Shown here one piece after another: positions 63,230 to 64,000 of a stretch of DNA of 64,000 nt. The stretch comes from an uncultured Actinomycetes bacterium (lineage in GTDB: Bacteria; Actinomycetota; Thermoleophilia; Gaiellales; Gaiellaceae). The stretch covers positions 971 through 64,970 of the forward strand of contig CAVZJM010000005.1 of NCBI GenBank assembly GCA_963775625.1. The letters are read 5' to 3'. A program made the position numbers and the translations under genes. Position 1 is the first letter of the stretch. Each line of letters starts with the position of its first letter. The notes beneath the pieces were generated by a model. The model saw only the letters and a list, made by a program, of their open reading frames with translations. It was not told the origin of the DNA and ran no database searches.

Positions 63230-64000
63230 TTGACGGCCTCGAACGCCGCCCCGCGCAACGGCCCGAGCGCTCCCGCGCGCTCGGGGCTCATCCTGATCGC
63301 GCTCATCCTGGTCGCGGCGGTCGCGAACCTCAACCTGTCCGTCGCCAACGTGGCGCTTCCGTCGATCGGGGAGGCGTTCGACGCAGGCCAGGTGTCGCTG
63401 AACCTGATCGCGGTCGGCTACTCGCTCGGCCTGGCGGCATCCGTCCTCTACCTCGGCGCGCTCGGCGACCGCTACGGGCGGAAGCTGATGCTCATCCTCG
63501 GCACGGCGCTCGCGATCCCGATGTCGCTGCTCGCAGCCTACGCGCCCTCGGACGAGGTCCTCTTCGCCGCCCGCGTCGGCGGCGGGCTCGCGGCGGGCAT
63601 GGCCTACCCGACGACGCTGGCGCTGATCACCGCGCTCTGGTCGGGGCCGGCACGCACGAAGTCGATCGCGCTCTGGTCGGGCATCGGCGGTGCCATCGCG
63701 GCCCTCGGCCCTTGCTCTCGGGGCTCCTGCTCGAGCACTTCTGGTGGGGCTCGGTCTTTCTGATCACGCTCCCGCTCGCGGCCGTCGCCCTCGTCTTGGC
63801 GTGGCTGCTCGTCCCGGCCCATGTGAACGAGACGACCGACCCCGTCGACAACCTCGGCGGCATCCTCTCCGTCCTGCTCGTCGCGGCGCTGATCCTGGCG
63901 ATCAATTTCGCTCCCGTGCCGAGCGAGGGCACGCTGGTGATCGGGCTCGCGGTGGTCGCGCTCGCCAGCCTGGCCGCCTTCTACCTCCGGCAGCGGCGGG
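63230..64000 (+). CDS. MFS transporter (DHA2/EmrB-like), frameshifted and running off the window
   Basis: Motifs NLSVANVALPSI and LGDRYGRKLML. After ...AIAALGP the protein continues in another frame (LLSGLLLEHFWWGSVFLITLPLA...). The frames join at the C-run 63709..63711. Confidence 0.75.

Noticed and set aside
1-64000. CRISPR arrays, rRNA genes, transposases, integrases, toxin-antitoxin pairs and known defence-system signatures
   Set aside because: Scanning both strands revealed no regularly spaced short direct repeats and no recognisable motifs for these classes. The only DNA-level repeats are those reported, plus in-gene Pro/Thr-linker and propeller repeats.

Overview
This is a very GC-rich, gene-dense chromosomal window that looks Actinomycetota-like, possibly of the Thermoleophilia/Solirubrobacter type; that placement rests on protein flavour only. 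About 65 genes can be supported. Most of the long ORFs in the six-frame track are Arg/Ala/Pro/Gly-rich shadow frames of real genes.

Content, in order along the window:
- A type IV pilus locus in two blocks. Block 1 (14-9384) carries an unknown membrane protein, pilO, pilN, pilM, pilT, pilA, three accessory genes and pilB. Block 2 (17069-25996) carries pilD, a 7-repeat Cys-paired propeller-like protein, a PilX-like protein, a minor pilin, a PASTA-like protein, an SLT+2xM23 murein hydrolase and a second pilT.
- A 7.6-kb envelope module (9444-17015) separating the two pilus blocks: a HisKA_3 kinase, a LuxR-type regulator, a CPBP protease, a small protein, an MMPL transporter and an alpha/beta hydrolase.
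- tRNA-Tyr, followed by a 1.5-kb islet bounded by a copy of the tRNA 3' end.
- Housekeeping genes: rpoD, infA, cspA-like, plsY, sod, thyX, folE2, fpg/nei, an ECF sigma/anti-sigma pair, an amino-acid ABC transporter, an M14 carboxypeptidase, CoA-transferase subunits and MFS transporters.

Observations most worth a second look:
- The promoter/leader block is duplicated, each copy carrying a CCTCCTAC-N4-GTAGGA palindrome.
- A structured ~130-nt intergenic repeat occurs four times.
- infA and fpg/nei appear to start at ATC and ATT.
- A CDF transporter has three tandem C-terminal domains.
- Seven genes are broken by single-base frameshifts. Five of these lie in G or C runs, which points to assembly error rather than decay, and one of them creates a false 1437-aa fusion ORF.

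No CRISPR array, rRNA, integrase or transposase was seen.
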